Below, one piece after another: positions 26,937 through 38,114 of a DNA stretch of 64,000 nt. A model generated the notes under the pieces. That model was not told the DNA's origin. It searched no databases and saw only the letters and a list, made by a program, of their open reading frames with translations. Each line of letters opens with the position of its first letter. Position 1 is the stretch's first letter. The DNA is taken from assembly GCA_944389975.1 (NCBI GenBank), contig CALXOH010000006.1:113177-177176 (forward strand). Direction: 5' to 3'. The position numbers and the translations under genes are program-made. The stretch is from an uncultured Spirochaetaceae bacterium (GTDB lineage: Bacteria; Spirochaetota; Spirochaetia; Sphaerochaetales; Sphaerochaetaceae).

Positions 26937-27603
26937 TCAGCAGACTACGATCTCTTCCTTCCAGTCAGCCATGTTCCTCTCTTTTGATGAGAAATTGATA
27001 TCAAGGAGATGAATCACATTGCCTTTCCTGGAATATTTCTCGTGGTACTTCTTCTCTTTGATCTGTTTGAGTGCTTCTTCTGCGCTCCAATCGAGCTTCA
27101 GTTCGATGATATATTCGATGATATAATAGAGTTTCTCATTCACTTCCAAAGAGATGTCGATTCTACCGATGCTTGCTCTTCCATTTCAATGTATTCAAAT
27201 CCAATCGCCTTCAGCACTGCAGAGAATGCAATCTGATACCCTCTTTCCTTCTCCAAAGACATGTCATATGGAAACGAAATGAAGAACTTTTGAAAAATGT
27301 TGATAATGGATGCAGTATCTCCGGATGCAAATAATTTGCGGAGCTCCGAAAAATCCTCGAAGTAGATATCAAGTCCATATGAATTCTCCAGGATGCTTGT
27401 TTCCATTGCATCCTTTACTTCGATATTCGGATAGGATAGTACGTATCTTCCTCCGTCAACGCCTTTTATGGTCATATACCCGGCTTGGACAAGGTATGGG
27501 TATATTGATGAGCTTGTATAGTTTTATCAACGTATAAGTATCCGCCTCTTATGAGTTCACGGAACGCTCTGGAATCGGTTGCGATGTATTTCATGTTATC
27601 CAT
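26937..27603 (-). pseudogene. Remnant of an AAA-ATPase_like/PDDEXK_9 (DUF1703-type) gene with an internal deletion and frameshifts
   Basis: There are three frame-shifted pieces. The N-terminal 40 aa (MDNMKYIATDSRAFRELIRGGYLYVDKT...LSKPG, my translation of 27472-27603) join directly to C-terminal-type sequence (YVLSYPNIEVKDAM..., 27140-27475). The nuclease core GRIDISLEVNEKLYYIIE..ELKLD is split between frames (26937-27160). Confidence 0.7.
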
Positions 27604-27695
27604 GCGAAAGCATTATACAACACAATGGATTACAAAAACAAAGAAAGCCCAAAGAGCACAATCTCCCAGGGCTATCTTAAGCAAATATATTTACG

Positions 27696-28127
27696 TTAGA
27701 ATCTCAGCAAGTCTGATACTTTACGGAAAGTAAGGTCATTGCCAATGCTGCCGATGCCTTCAACTTTATCCTTAAGGAAAGTAAAGGTATTGAAAAGTGA
27801 AGTTGTAAAGCTATTGTTTGATATTACAAAAGCTACAGATTGCGAATTCAAATGATTATCAACATAAGGATCTACAACTGTAATGTTGATATTGAAATTC
27901 GTACTAAGATCTTCATACGGATGCTCTTTTGATACTTCGCCATCAATTCTGAATTTGATGGTACTCTCAGTTACAGCCATCTCTACTTTCGTGTTATTGC
28001 CTGCTGTAGCTTCCCACGTACCGATCAGTAGCGATCTTTGATTCTCACTCGGCCCGAACTCACATGAGATGAAGGCAAAAGCCAGTATCAGAAGCAACAA
28101 AACACCACCTAATTTTTTTTTCTCCAT
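27696..28127 (-). CDS. Small hypothetical lipoprotein
   Basis: MEKKKLGGVLLLLILAFAFISC is a signal peptide plus lipobox. The start was trimmed from the track ORF to this ATG. Confidence 0.6.
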   Translation of the reverse strand: MEKKKLGGVLLLLILAFAFISCEFGPSENQRSLLIGTWEATAGNNTKVEMAVTESTIKFRIDGEVSKEHPYEDLSTNFNINITVVDPYVDNHLNSQSVAFVISNNSFTTSLFNTFTFLKDKVEGIGSIGNDLTFRKVSDLLRF

Positions 28128-28211
28128 TGAATTTCTCTCCTTTTTGGACTTTATCCAAACCTTTTGAATGATAGCAGAGAACGAAGAAAGATTGAATTGG
28201 GAAAGCAAATG

Positions 28212-28240
28212 AAAAAAGGCCCATCCGGAAACGGGCCTTT
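28212..28240 (-). terminator. Rho-independent terminator after the mglC-like gene
   Basis: On the minus strand: AAAGGCCC-GTTTCCGGAT-GGGCCTTTTTTC. Confidence 0.6.
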
Positions 28241-28257
28241 CTCTCAGAACTCTTTTC

Positions 28258-29946
28258 TCATTTCTTCTTCAGGTACTTGATGCTGTCGAGTGAGACTGCA
28301 GCAAGAATGATTATACCTTTGAAGACGAACTGGAGGTTCGTATCGATTCCAAGGAATGTAAGGCAGTACGTGAGGGATGTGAAGATCACGACGCCTATCG
28401 CCGCTCCCCCTATCTTACCTATACCTCCATTGAACGATATACCGCCGACTACGCACGCCGCGATTGCATCCATTTCGTAGCCCTGTCCGGTACCTGCGCT
28501 TGCATTCGCCCTGAATGCTTCCAAAAACGATCCACAGCCATAGAACACGCCTGCCATGACGAACACCAGAAGCGTTACCTTGAAGACTGAAATTCCGCTT
28601 ACAGCCGCAGCTTCGCTGTTTCCACCGACTGCATACATGTTCTTTCCAAACGTCGTCTTGTTCCAAATGATCCAAGCAATCACGATTGCAATGATCGCAG
28701 GGATGATCAATTTCGGGAAAGATACGACCTGACCGCCTACGACACCCAGAGGAATACGTCCGGCAAGAAGGCTTCTTATATCCCTGTCGATCGATCCTAC
28801 AGGCGTTCCGCTCGTGCCGTAGAACAAGAGGCCGTAGATGATCAGCTGCATCGCCATCGTCGAGATAAACGGGTGCATCTTGAAGCGTGCCGTGAAGAAA
28901 CCTGCCACAGAGCTGAAGAGCACGCATAGCGCTATGGATATAAAGAGTGCCATCAGAAGGCGAAGAGGAACCGGTATTGCCTCAAAGTTCCAGGTAGGAA
29001 GTCCGAAGAACGAAACGATGTTCATTCCATCGTGGAGTATCAAACCGGTGGTGACCGAACCGAGGGCAACCATTCTTCCTATCGAGAGGTCGGTTCCCGC
29101 AAGGAGGATCAAGCCTGCAACTCCAAGAGCGTAGAACATCCTCGTCGATGACTGCTCGAGGATGGTGAAGATGTTTGGAAGCGACAACAGATTGCCCTTT
29201 CCAAGTATAGGAGCCGTAATGATACAAACGATGAAGAATATGATGATCGCTATGTAAAGCCCGTTTGCAAGGAAGAACGAAGAGGCCTTGAAGTTCCTCA
29301 CGAAGTTCTTCCAGTTCATCACCATGTCTTCAGAGAAATTGGTTTTTCCGTTTCTTATCTCCCTGTTCTTCTGCACATGGTCGACGTATGCCTGGTACTT
29401 CTGAGCCTTTGACTTGTCGATCTCAAGATCGTACCTGCTCTTTGCATCAAAAAGTGCGCTCTTAAGCTCATAGCGCGCAATCTCCAATTCACTCTTCAAT
29501 ACCTGGGGATCGCCATTCGAGTACTCTTTCTGCAAAGCTTCCTCTCTTTTTGCAGCGTTTTCCTTGATCTCGGCAATCTCCCTCTCGTAGTACGCTTTGG
29601 CACCGGCCATCCGCTTGTCTTCGGCTGCATTTACTTCATTTTCGATCTCTTTGGAGATCTTGTTGGTGTATTGGACAGCCTCCTTGCTCAAGCGGGCTAT
29701 CTCGGCCTTGTTTTCCTGGGCAACCTTTGTGCCTTCTTCCACAAGACGCTGGCACTCAGCTATCTTCTTATCCCTTTCTTCGGGATTCATCAGCTTGTTT
29801 TTCTTAAGCGTGGAGATCTGGAGTTTCGCATCGGAAACCTTCTTGACTCCATTCCTTCGCAGCTCTTCGAGTTTTTCAACATACTCTTTGAGCTTCGTAT
29901 CGTTTTCGAGTGAAATGATCTTTTTCTCTTCTGCCATTTCCACCAC
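28258..29946 (-). CDS. mglC: Sugar ABC transporter permease (MglC/RbsC family) with a ~215-aa N-terminal charged coiled-coil extension
   Basis: The C-terminal ~345 aa are polytopic with family motifs (LAGTDLSIGRM, GGNSEAAAVSGI). The N-terminal 215 aa are K/E-rich heptad-like sequence without TM segments. Confidence 0.85.
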   Translation of the reverse strand: MVEMAEEKKIISLENDTKLKEYVEKLEELRRNGVKKVSDAKLQISTLKKNKLMNPEERDKKIAECQRLVEEGTKVAQENKAEIARLSKEAVQYTNKISKEIENEVNAAEDKRMAGAKAYYEREIAEIKENAAKREEALQKEYSNGDPQVLKSELEIARYELKSALFDAKSRYDLEIDKSKAQKYQAYVDHVQKNREIRNGKTNFSEDMVMNWKNFVRNFKASSFFLANGLYIAIIIFFIVCIITAPILGKGNLLSLPNIFTILEQSSTRMFYALGVAGLILLAGTDLSIGRMVALGSVTTGLILHDGMNIVSFFGLPTWNFEAIPVPLRLLMALFISIALCVLFSSVAGFFTARFKMHPFISTMAMQLIIYGLLFYGTSGTPVGSIDRDIRSLLAGRIPLGVVGGQVVSFPKLIIPAIIAIVIAWIIWNKTTFGKNMYAVGGNSEAAAVSGISVFKVTLLVFVMAGVFYGCGSFLEAFRANASAGTGQGYEMDAIAACVVGGISFNGGIGKIGGAAIGVVIFTSLTYCLTFLGIDTNLQFVFKGIIILAAVSLDSIKYLKKK

Positions 29947-29952
29947 TCCTTC

Positions 29953-31449
29953 TCATAGATACTTCGCGGAGAGCCTCAAAAGCTCTTCCTGGTTCGTTTC
30001 CTTGGTGTTGACTATCCCCGCAAGTCGGTGATCCGACATGACTGCTATCCTGTTTGTTATTCCAAGGATCTCAGGCATTTCCGAAGAAACGACTATTATC
30101 GTCTTACCCTCTTTCGCCATACGTATGATCAACTGATAGATCTCATACTTTGCACCGACATCTATACCCCTGGTCGGCTCGTCCATCAGGAATATGTCAG
30201 GGGAACGCTCCATCCATTTGCCGATGATGACCTTCTGCTGGTTTCCCCCGGAAAGCGCAGTGATAAGTTCGTCAGGGGAGACGCACTTCGTGTTCATTAT
30301 CTTGATCTCCCTGTTCGTCGCATCATAGAGCTTTTTGCTGTCAAGCATTTTAAAGCTCTTGTATGCCTCCAGGTTTGTAATCGTCGTATTGAACTTTATA
30401 GTGTCCTTCCCGAACATTCCGTTCAGCTTCCTTTCCTCAGTAACGAGCGCAAACGAATGGTCCATCGCATCGCGGCTTGAATGGAAACGGAGCTTGTGTC
30501 CGGCAACCAGAATCTCCCCCGAGGCTATCGTACGGATTCCGAACATCGATTCGAGTAGTTCGCTTCGTCCGGCACCGACAAGGCCATAGAGTCCGAAGAT
30601 CTCCCCTTTCCTGACCGTAAAGGATATTTGCTGGAGAACCGGCGGGTATTTCGTAGTGAGGTTCCTCACTTCCAGGAAATCCCCACCAGGTACGTTGTCG
30701 ACATCAGGGAACCTCTTGTCCAATGAACGACCGACCATTGCTGAGATCAATTCGTTCATGTCCGTATCCTTGATGTGCTTCTTGAATATCATCTTTCCAT
30801 CCCTGAGGACCGCTACGTCATCACAGATCTGGAATATCTCGTCCATCTTATGGGAGATGTATACGAAGGAAACGCCACGCTTTCTTAAATCATCGATTAT
30901 CGAAAACAGCTTGCCTACTTCCCTTTCGGTAAGAGAACTCGTGGGTTCGTCGAGAACTATCAACTTTGCGTTGTAGCTTACTGCCTTTGCGATCTCTACC
31001 ATCTGCCTTTGGGAGACAGACATGGTTCTCATGACCGTCTTCGGGTTCACGTTCATCTTAAGGTTGGCAAACAGGTTGTTTGCCTCCTTGAGCATCCTCT
31101 GTTCGTCAACGATTCCGAGCTTCGTCGGATAGCGCCCCAGGAAGAGGTTATCTACAACCGTTCTGTCCAGACATTGCTGCAATTCCTGATGGACCATCGC
31201 GACTCCGTTCTCCAATGCTTCCTTCGGATTCTTGAAGTCCACGGGATGCCCGAAGAGCGATATCTGCCCCTCATCCTTTGCGTATATGCCGAAGAGGCAC
31301 TTCATCATCGTCGATTTTCCAGCGCCGTTCTCGCCCATCAGACCGCAGACCGTGCCTTCCTCGACAGTGAAGTTTATCCCTTCAAGCACTCTGTTCTTCG
31401 CAAATGACTTGGAGAGGTTCTTTATTTCAAGTACTGTCTTGCCACTCAT
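29953..31449 (-). CDS. mglA: Sugar ABC transporter ATP-binding protein, duplicated ATPase
   Basis: 498 aa with two nucleotide-binding domains (GENGAGKST; GLVGAGRSE), LSGGNQQKV and IFLMDEPTRGID. Confidence 0.9.
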   Translation of the reverse strand: MSGKTVLEIKNLSKSFAKNRVLEGINFTVEEGTVCGLMGENGAGKSTMMKCLFGIYAKDEGQISLFGHPVDFKNPKEALENGVAMVHQELQQCLDRTVVDNLFLGRYPTKLGIVDEQRMLKEANNLFANLKMNVNPKTVMRTMSVSQRQMVEIAKAVSYNAKLIVLDEPTSSLTEREVGKLFSIIDDLRKRGVSFVYISHKMDEIFQICDDVAVLRDGKMIFKKHIKDTDMNELISAMVGRSLDKRFPDVDNVPGGDFLEVRNLTTKYPPVLQQISFTVRKGEIFGLYGLVGAGRSELLESMFGIRTIASGEILVAGHKLRFHSSRDAMDHSFALVTEERKLNGMFGKDTIKFNTTITNLEAYKSFKMLDSKKLYDATNREIKIMNTKCVSPDELITALSGGNQQKVIIGKWMERSPDIFLMDEPTRGIDVGAKYEIYQLIIRMAKEGKTIIVVSSEMPEILGITNRIAVMSDHRLAGIVNTKETNQEELLRLSAKYL

Positions 31450-31551
31450 TTCAATCCCTTTGCCCCTGGATAAAATTCGGGGATTATCGAAATTATGGCG
31501 GACACGTTCATGCCCGCCATATTATCAAACATTCACTTCAGGAATGAGTCG

Positions 31552-32802
<1,251 letters not shown>

Positions 32803-32932
32803 CTAGGTAATATTATCAAATGCAATTTGGTAGAACTCAAGGAAAAAGATAATCCGATAGCGATTTAAAGCGGAAATTGCAAATTCCTGCGGGCAATATA
32901 TATTTTTCTACTTTGTTAATTTATTCATTGGT

Positions 32933-32957
32933 AAAGGGCTGCACTCCACAGCCCTTT
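32933..32957 (-). terminator. Hairpin after the amino-acid ABC ATPase gene
   Basis: AAAGGGCTG (32933-32941) pairs with CAGCCCTTT (32949-32957). The U-run is weak. Confidence 0.4.
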
Positions 32958-32962
32958 ATTGA

Positions 32963-33700
32963 CTATTTGTTTATGAATCTTGAGAGAAAATCCTGGGTAC
33001 GCTCTTTTCCAGGGTTGTTGAATATCTTCTCTGGGCTTCCCTCTTCCTCGATTCTTCCGTCGTACATGTATATTACGTTGTTCGACACATCGCGTGCAAA
33101 CGCCATCTCGTGGGTGACGACAAGCATCGTCATTCCAGTGGATGCAAGCTCTTTCATTACGTCAAGAACCTCTCCCACCATCTCCGGGTCGAGTGCACTC
33201 GTAGGTTCGTCGAACAAAAGTACCTCGGGATCCATCGCAAGCGCACGTGCAATGGCAACGCGCTGTTTCTGCCCTCCCGAGAGCTGTCTGGGTTTCGCAT
33301 TCACGTACTGCGCCATTCCGACAGACGAAAGATAATGCATTGCCTTCTCTTTTGCTTCGGCTTTGTTCCGCTTGAGTACGTTCACCTGCCCGATCATGCA
33401 GTTTTCGAGGACGTTCATGTTGTTGAAGAGGTTGAAGCTCTGGAAGACCATGCCGACCTTCGTCCTGAGCTTGTCTTCGTTCACTTCCCCATTGAGTATG
33501 TTCTTCCCATGATAAAGTATCTTTCCGCTCGTCGCCTCTTCAAGCATGTTCAGACACCTCAGGAGGGTGCTCTTTCCGCTTCCGGAAGCTCCTATTATGC
33601 TCGTCACATCCCCTTTCTCGACGTCAAAGCTGATGTCCTTCAAAACTTCGTTCGTGCCGAATGTCTTCACAAGGTGTTCGACTTCAATGATCTTTTCCAT
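32963..33700 (-). CDS. Polar amino-acid ABC transporter ATP-binding protein (GlnQ-like)
   Basis: It has [24 protein letters not shown] and [11 protein letters not shown]. Confidence 0.9.
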   Translation of the reverse strand: MEKIIEVEHLVKTFGTNEVLKDISFDVEKGDVTSIIGASGSGKSTLLRCLNMLEEATSGKILYHGKNILNGEVNEDKLRTKVGMVFQSFNLFNNMNVLENCMIGQVNVLKRNKAEAKEKAMHYLSSVGMAQYVNAKPRQLSGGQKQRVAIARALAMDPEVLLFDEPTSALDPEMVGEVLDVMKELASTGMTMLVVTHEMAFARDVSNNVIYMYDGRIEEEGSPEKIFNNPGKERTQDFLSRFINK

Positions 33701-34503
33701 CAGAATGAACCTCCGGTATTCTTGTTGTATTTCGTCAATCCGCTGGTGAATGCCAGGGTGTCGCTGGTGGCAAGATCAAAGTTTGCAGGCCCGTCCATCC
33801 TCGTCTCGATGTACCTCAATATACGAGAGCAAGTGAACGTAAGCACGAAGTAGATCGCCATCGTGACGGTTGCAGCTTCGAAATAGGTATAGAGAGCGCC
33901 GGAAATGCTCTTGAACGTAAAAAAGAGCTCTACGGTCCCGATGATAGAAAGAACGCATGTATCCTTGATGTTGATTATCAGGTTGTTTCCGATCTGAGGC
34001 ATGATGTTCCTGATCGCCTGCGGCAGGACTATGTGGAACATCGTCGATGAGTACGACATTCCGATCGCCCTCGCACCTTCCGTCTGGCCCGGGTCTACCG
34101 AGAGTATTCCACCACGCACAGTCTCGGCCATGTACGCTCCCGTGTTCACGCTTACGATGATCAATGCAGCGCTCCACATGCCTAGGTTGATGTGGAAGAC
34201 CTGGCTTGCACCGTAATAGATGAATGCAGCCTGGAGCATCATCGGGGTTCCCCTGAATACTTCCACATAGCAAGTGAGGATGAAGCGGACAACATGCATC
34301 AAAGACCGCTTCACCACATTGTCCTTCCTATCCGGCTCCTTTGCCTGTAACATGCCGACCAAAAGCCCGATTACACATCCGAAGAATGTGCATACAAGGG
34401 CTATCACCATGGTAGTAGCGGCCCCCCTGAAGAAAGAGCCGCTATACTGATCGAGGATGTATAGCATCCTCTCGAAGAAGTTCATCTCCGATATAGACAT
34501 CAA
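33700..34503 (-). CDS. Polar amino-acid ABC transporter permease
   Basis: It has a His/Glu/Gln/Arg-type permease signature ([26 protein letters not shown]). Confidence 0.85.
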   Translation of the reverse strand: MMSISEMNFFERMLYILDQYSGSFFRGAATTMVIALVCTFFGCVIGLLVGMLQAKEPDRKDNVVKRSLMHVVRFILTCYVEVFRGTPMMLQAAFIYYGASQVFHINLGMWSAALIIVSVNTGAYMAETVRGGILSVDPGQTEGARAIGMSYSSTMFHIVLPQAIRNIMPQIGNNLIINIKDTCVLSIIGTVELFFTFKSISGALYTYFEAATVTMAIYFVLTFTCSRILRYIETRMDGPANFDLATSDTLAFTSGLTKYNKNTGGSF

Positions 34504-34510
34504 TCACCTC

Positions 34511-35356
34511 TTATACGCTGAGGGGCTGGACCGAGATCGCCTCGTCCATCATCCTGTTGTAGTCTTCTACAGTAAGGGTATCCAGGACACTGTTGATCTT
34601 GTCCAAGAGCTCGGTGTTACCCTTCTGAACTGAAATTCCGATGTTTACATCCTCTTCGCTCACCTGGAAGTCGTCGCCTGAACCTGCGAAGTCCAAAAGC
34701 TTCATGTTCGGATATGCGATCAATGCAGCCTGTGCCGTCGGCATATCTGTACATACGATGTCGACTCTGCCGCTGTTGAGTGCAACAAGCATCGCCGGAG
34801 CGCTCTCCTGGGCCGGAAGGATGTTTCCGTCAGGAATCTGTGGAAGGCATACGTCGTACCAGATCGTTCCGAGCTGGCTTGTGCAAGTTGCGCCCGCAAG
34901 ATCCGAAATCCCCTCTGCCGAAGCGTATTTGTTATCCTGATTCGTAAGACATACTACGGATGCATAGTAGTAAGGCTTTGAGAAATCGACCATCTGAAGG
35001 CGTTCTGATGTGATCGACTGACCAGCGATTACGCAATCGACGGTGCCTGAGATGATTGCAGGTACCAGGGAATCCCAGTCAAGCTTTACGATCTCGAGGT
35101 CGTATCCGATGCTCTCTGCAATGAGCTTGGCCATCATGACGTCGTAGCCGTATGCATACTCGCTGGATCCGGAGATGGGAACAGCGCCGTTTGCGTCTGT
35201 CGTCTGAGTCCAGTTGTATGGTGCATATCCGCACTCCATAGCAACGCGCAACACCGGATTGGAGGAACCGGATGAGCTTTCGTCGCTTGAGCCTCCTGCA
35301 AATGCTGCAGAAACGGAAAGAATCAATACTAGAGCAAATATAGCAAACCTTTTCAT
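34511..35356 (-). CDS. Amino-acid ABC transporter substrate-binding protein (family 3)
   Basis: It has the signal peptide MKRFAIFALVLILSVSAAFAGG and an SBP_bac_3-like core (DCVIAGQSITSERL). The start was trimmed to ATG 35356, after GGGAGA. Confidence 0.85.
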   Translation of the reverse strand: MKRFAIFALVLILSVSAAFAGGSSDESSSGSSNPVLRVAMECGYAPYNWTQTTDANGAVPISGSSEYAYGYDVMMAKLIAESIGYDLEIVKLDWDSLVPAIISGTVDCVIAGQSITSERLQMVDFSKPYYYASVVCLTNQDNKYASAEGISDLAGATCTSQLGTIWYDVCLPQIPDGNILPAQESAPAMLVALNSGRVDIVCTDMPTAQAALIAYPNMKLLDFAGSGDDFQVSEEDVNIGISVQKGNTELLDKINSVLDTLTVEDYNRMMDEAISVQPLSV

Positions 35357-35472
35357 TTTATTCTCCCTGATTTTCATATCGTGGCCATAGATTACATAAA
35401 TGTTAGATTTTAGGCAATATGTTTTAATAATAAATTTTATGTTATTTTAATAACAGACATTTCAATTCAATG

Positions 35473-35503
35473 AAAAAAAGGACCGGAGGGCATCCCCCGA
35501 TCC
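35473..35503 (-). terminator. Rho-independent terminator after tyrS
   Basis: On the minus strand: GGATCGGGGG-ATG-CCCTCCGGTCC followed by TTTTTTT. Confidence 0.6.
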
Positions 35504-35528
35504 ATTGCTCAAAAAATCGTACAGCACT

Positions 35529-36776
35529 CTACTCCAGCACTACCCGGGCAAAGCGCTTCTTTCCTGCCTTCAACAAGAGTTCGCCATCCTTGAAATCATC
35601 AAGGGAGACCATGAATTTCGGATCAGTCACCTTATCCCCATTCATTTCAGCACCACCTTGGGTGACGATGCGCCTCGCCTCCCCGTTTGATGAAGAAAGA
35701 CCTGCTTTGACAAACAGTGTCAGAAGGCCGATCCCTTCTTCAGGTATCTCTTCCTTCCCTATAGTCACCGTGGGCATGCCCTCTTTCGAGCCGGAGCCCG
35801 AGAAGAGTGCTTTTGCAGCGGATGATGCCTTCTCAGCTTCCTCCTCCCCGTGGACGATTTTTGTTACTTCGTAGGCAAGGCGGGTCTTTGCATCGTTGAT
35901 GTTCCTTCCCTTGTCTTCATACTCCTTGATCTCATCGAGGTCCATGAATGTAAAGAGCTTCATGAAGCGCACTGCATCGTCGTCGGATACGTTTCTCCAG
36001 TACTGGTAGAAATCGTATGGCGAGTACAGCTCGGGGGAAAGGAATACTGCACCCTTCTCGCTTTTACCCATCTTTTTTCCATCTGAACGCATGATGAGGT
36101 TGAAAGTAAGGCCGAAGCACTCCTCTCCATCCTTGCGGTTTATCAAATCGATGCCCGCGACTATGTTGCCCCACTGGTCTGCGCCTCCGATCTGGAGCCT
36201 GCACCCTTCGTTCTTGTAGAGCATATAGAAGTCGTAGGATTGCAAAAGCTGGTAGTTGAACTCTATGAAGGAAAGCCCCCTCTCGAGGCGCTGCTTCACC
36301 CCCTCGAACGTAAGCATCCTGTTTACAGAGAAATAGACGCCTACGTCCCTGAGGAACTCGATGTAATTGAGGTCCCTGAGCCAGGATGCGTTGTTGAGCA
36401 TCTTCGCTTTTCCATGCCCATGGGGCGGGTTGTCCGAGAAGTCTACGATCGTTCCAAGCTGTGCGCGGATCTTCTCGACGTTCGATTTGATCGTCTCTTC
36501 CGAGAGTATCTTCCTCATCTCGGTCTTGCCCGACGGATCCCCGATAAGCCCGGTGCCACCCCCGAGCAGCGCTATTGGATTGTTACCCGCTTCCTGCAGA
36601 TGGTGCATCGCGAAGTACGGCACGATGTGCCCCACGTGGAGGCTCGGCCCTGTCGGATCGACCCCGCAGTAGAACGTCACGGGTTTCTCATCCATCAGAT
36701 CCGAGAGTTTCTCAAAGTCGGTGCAATTGTTTACAAATCCCCTGTCTATGAGGACCTGGATTCCCTTGTTCATCAC
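35529..36776 (-). CDS. tyrS: Tyrosyl-tRNA synthetase
   Basis: It has HVGH (HIGH), KMGKS, GADQWGNI and a C-terminal S4 domain. Confidence 0.95.
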   Translation of the reverse strand: MMNKGIQVLIDRGFVNNCTDFEKLSDLMDEKPVTFYCGVDPTGPSLHVGHIVPYFAMHHLQEAGNNPIALLGGGTGLIGDPSGKTEMRKILSEETIKSNVEKIRAQLGTIVDFSDNPPHGHGKAKMLNNASWLRDLNYIEFLRDVGVYFSVNRMLTFEGVKQRLERGLSFIEFNYQLLQSYDFYMLYKNEGCRLQIGGADQWGNIVAGIDLINRKDGEECFGLTFNLIMRSDGKKMGKSEKGAVFLSPELYSPYDFYQYWRNVSDDDAVRFMKLFTFMDLDEIKEYEDKGRNINDAKTRLAYEVTKIVHGEEEAEKASSAAKALFSGSGSKEGMPTVTIGKEEIPEEGIGLLTLFVKAGLSSSNGEARRIVTQGGAEMNGDKVTDPKFMVSLDDFKDGELLLKAGKKRFARVVLE

Positions 36777-38113
36777 TCAACCCTCTTGTAGTTCTCGATC
36801 GCATTCCTCAAGAAAGGCACCAAGTTTGAAATCGAAACCCTCTCCTGTCTCATCGAGTCGCGGAAACGGACGGTAACGCTCTGGTCCTCCAAGCTCTGGT
36901 AGTCGACGGTGACAGAGTACGGCGTTCCGATCTCGTCCATCCTCCTGTACCTTCTGCCGATTGCACCAGACTGGTCGTAGAACGTCTTGAAGTCCTTCCT
37001 GAGGTCCTTCTCAAGCTTCTCCGCATACTCGGCAAGGCCATCTTTCTTGACAAGAGGAAGGACAGCTACCTTGACAGGTGCGATCTCCGGATGGAAGTGA
37101 AGGACTGTCCTCACATCCCCTTCCGGCGTCTCCTCCTCGTCGTACGCATCGGAAAGCACCATCAGAACGTTTCTGGTAAGTCCCGCGGATGTTTCGACGA
37201 CGTACGGGATGTACCTCTCGTTGGTCTCCGGATCGAGGTATGTCATGTCCTTTCCACTGAACTTCTGGTGCTGCGTCAGATCGTAATCGGTTCTCGAGTG
37301 CACGCCCTCAAGCTCCTGCCATCCCATCGGGAACAGGAACTGGATGTCGTATGCATCCTTTGCGTAGAACGCAAGCTCATCAGGCCCGTGCTGATGCCAC
37401 CTCAAGTGCTCGGGATGAATACCCATCTTCTTGTAGTAGTTCATCCTCTCCTCCCTCCAGTACGGGAACCACTTCTCGTCCGTTCCGGGCTTGCAGAAGA
37501 ACTGCATCTCCATCTGCTCGAACTCGCATGAGCGGAAAATGAAGTTCTTGGTGGTGATCTCGTTTCGGAATGACTTTCCGACTTGTGCGATTCCAAATGG
37601 AAGCTTGACGCGGGAAGATTGCAATACGTTCTTGAAGTTCACGTATATGCCCTGTGCTGTCTCAGGCCTAAGATAGACCACCGAAGCGCTGTCTGCATTT
37701 GCACCGATGTGCGTCTGGAACATCAGGTTGAAATTCCTGGGTTCTGTGAAGGAGTCCTTGTTGCCGCATACCGGGCATGGCTTATCCAGGTCGATCTGGT
37801 CTGCGCGGAAACGGCTCTTGCAGACTTTGCAGTCGACCATCGGATCCGTGAAGTTCGAAACGTGGCCTGACGCCTCCCAGACGCGGGGGTGCATCAGAAT
37901 CGATGCGTCGATTCCGACTATGTCATCGTGCATCCTCGTCATCTCCTTCCACCAGAAATCACGGATGTTGTTCTTCAGTTCAACGCCCATCGGACCGTAG
38001 TCGTACGCTCCATTGAGTCCTCCATATATCTCACTTGACTGGAATATGAATCCCCTTCGCTTCGTAAGCGAAACAAGCTTGTCCATTGTAACTACGCTTT
38101 TTTCTTCACTCAT
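36773..38113 (-). CDS. glyQS: Glycyl-tRNA synthetase, homodimeric class II type
   Basis: RRGFIFQSSEIYGGLNGAYDYGPMG is the canonical N-terminus, together with class II motifs. Its stop overlaps the tyrS start by 4 nt. Confidence 0.95.
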   Translation of the reverse strand: MSEEKSVVTMDKLVSLTKRRGFIFQSSEIYGGLNGAYDYGPMGVELKNNIRDFWWKEMTRMHDDIVGIDASILMHPRVWEASGHVSNFTDPMVDCKVCKSRFRADQIDLDKPCPVCGNKDSFTEPRNFNLMFQTHIGANADSASVVYLRPETAQGIYVNFKNVLQSSRVKLPFGIAQVGKSFRNEITTKNFIFRSCEFEQMEMQFFCKPGTDEKWFPYWREERMNYYKKMGIHPEHLRWHQHGPDELAFYAKDAYDIQFLFPMGWQELEGVHSRTDYDLTQHQKFSGKDMTYLDPETNERYIPYVVETSAGLTRNVLMVLSDAYDEEETPEGDVRTVLHFHPEIAPVKVAVLPLVKKDGLAEYAEKLEKDLRKDFKTFYDQSGAIGRRYRRMDEIGTPYSVTVDYQSLEDQSVTVRFRDSMRQERVSISNLVPFLRNAIENYKRVE

Positions 38114-38114
38114 C

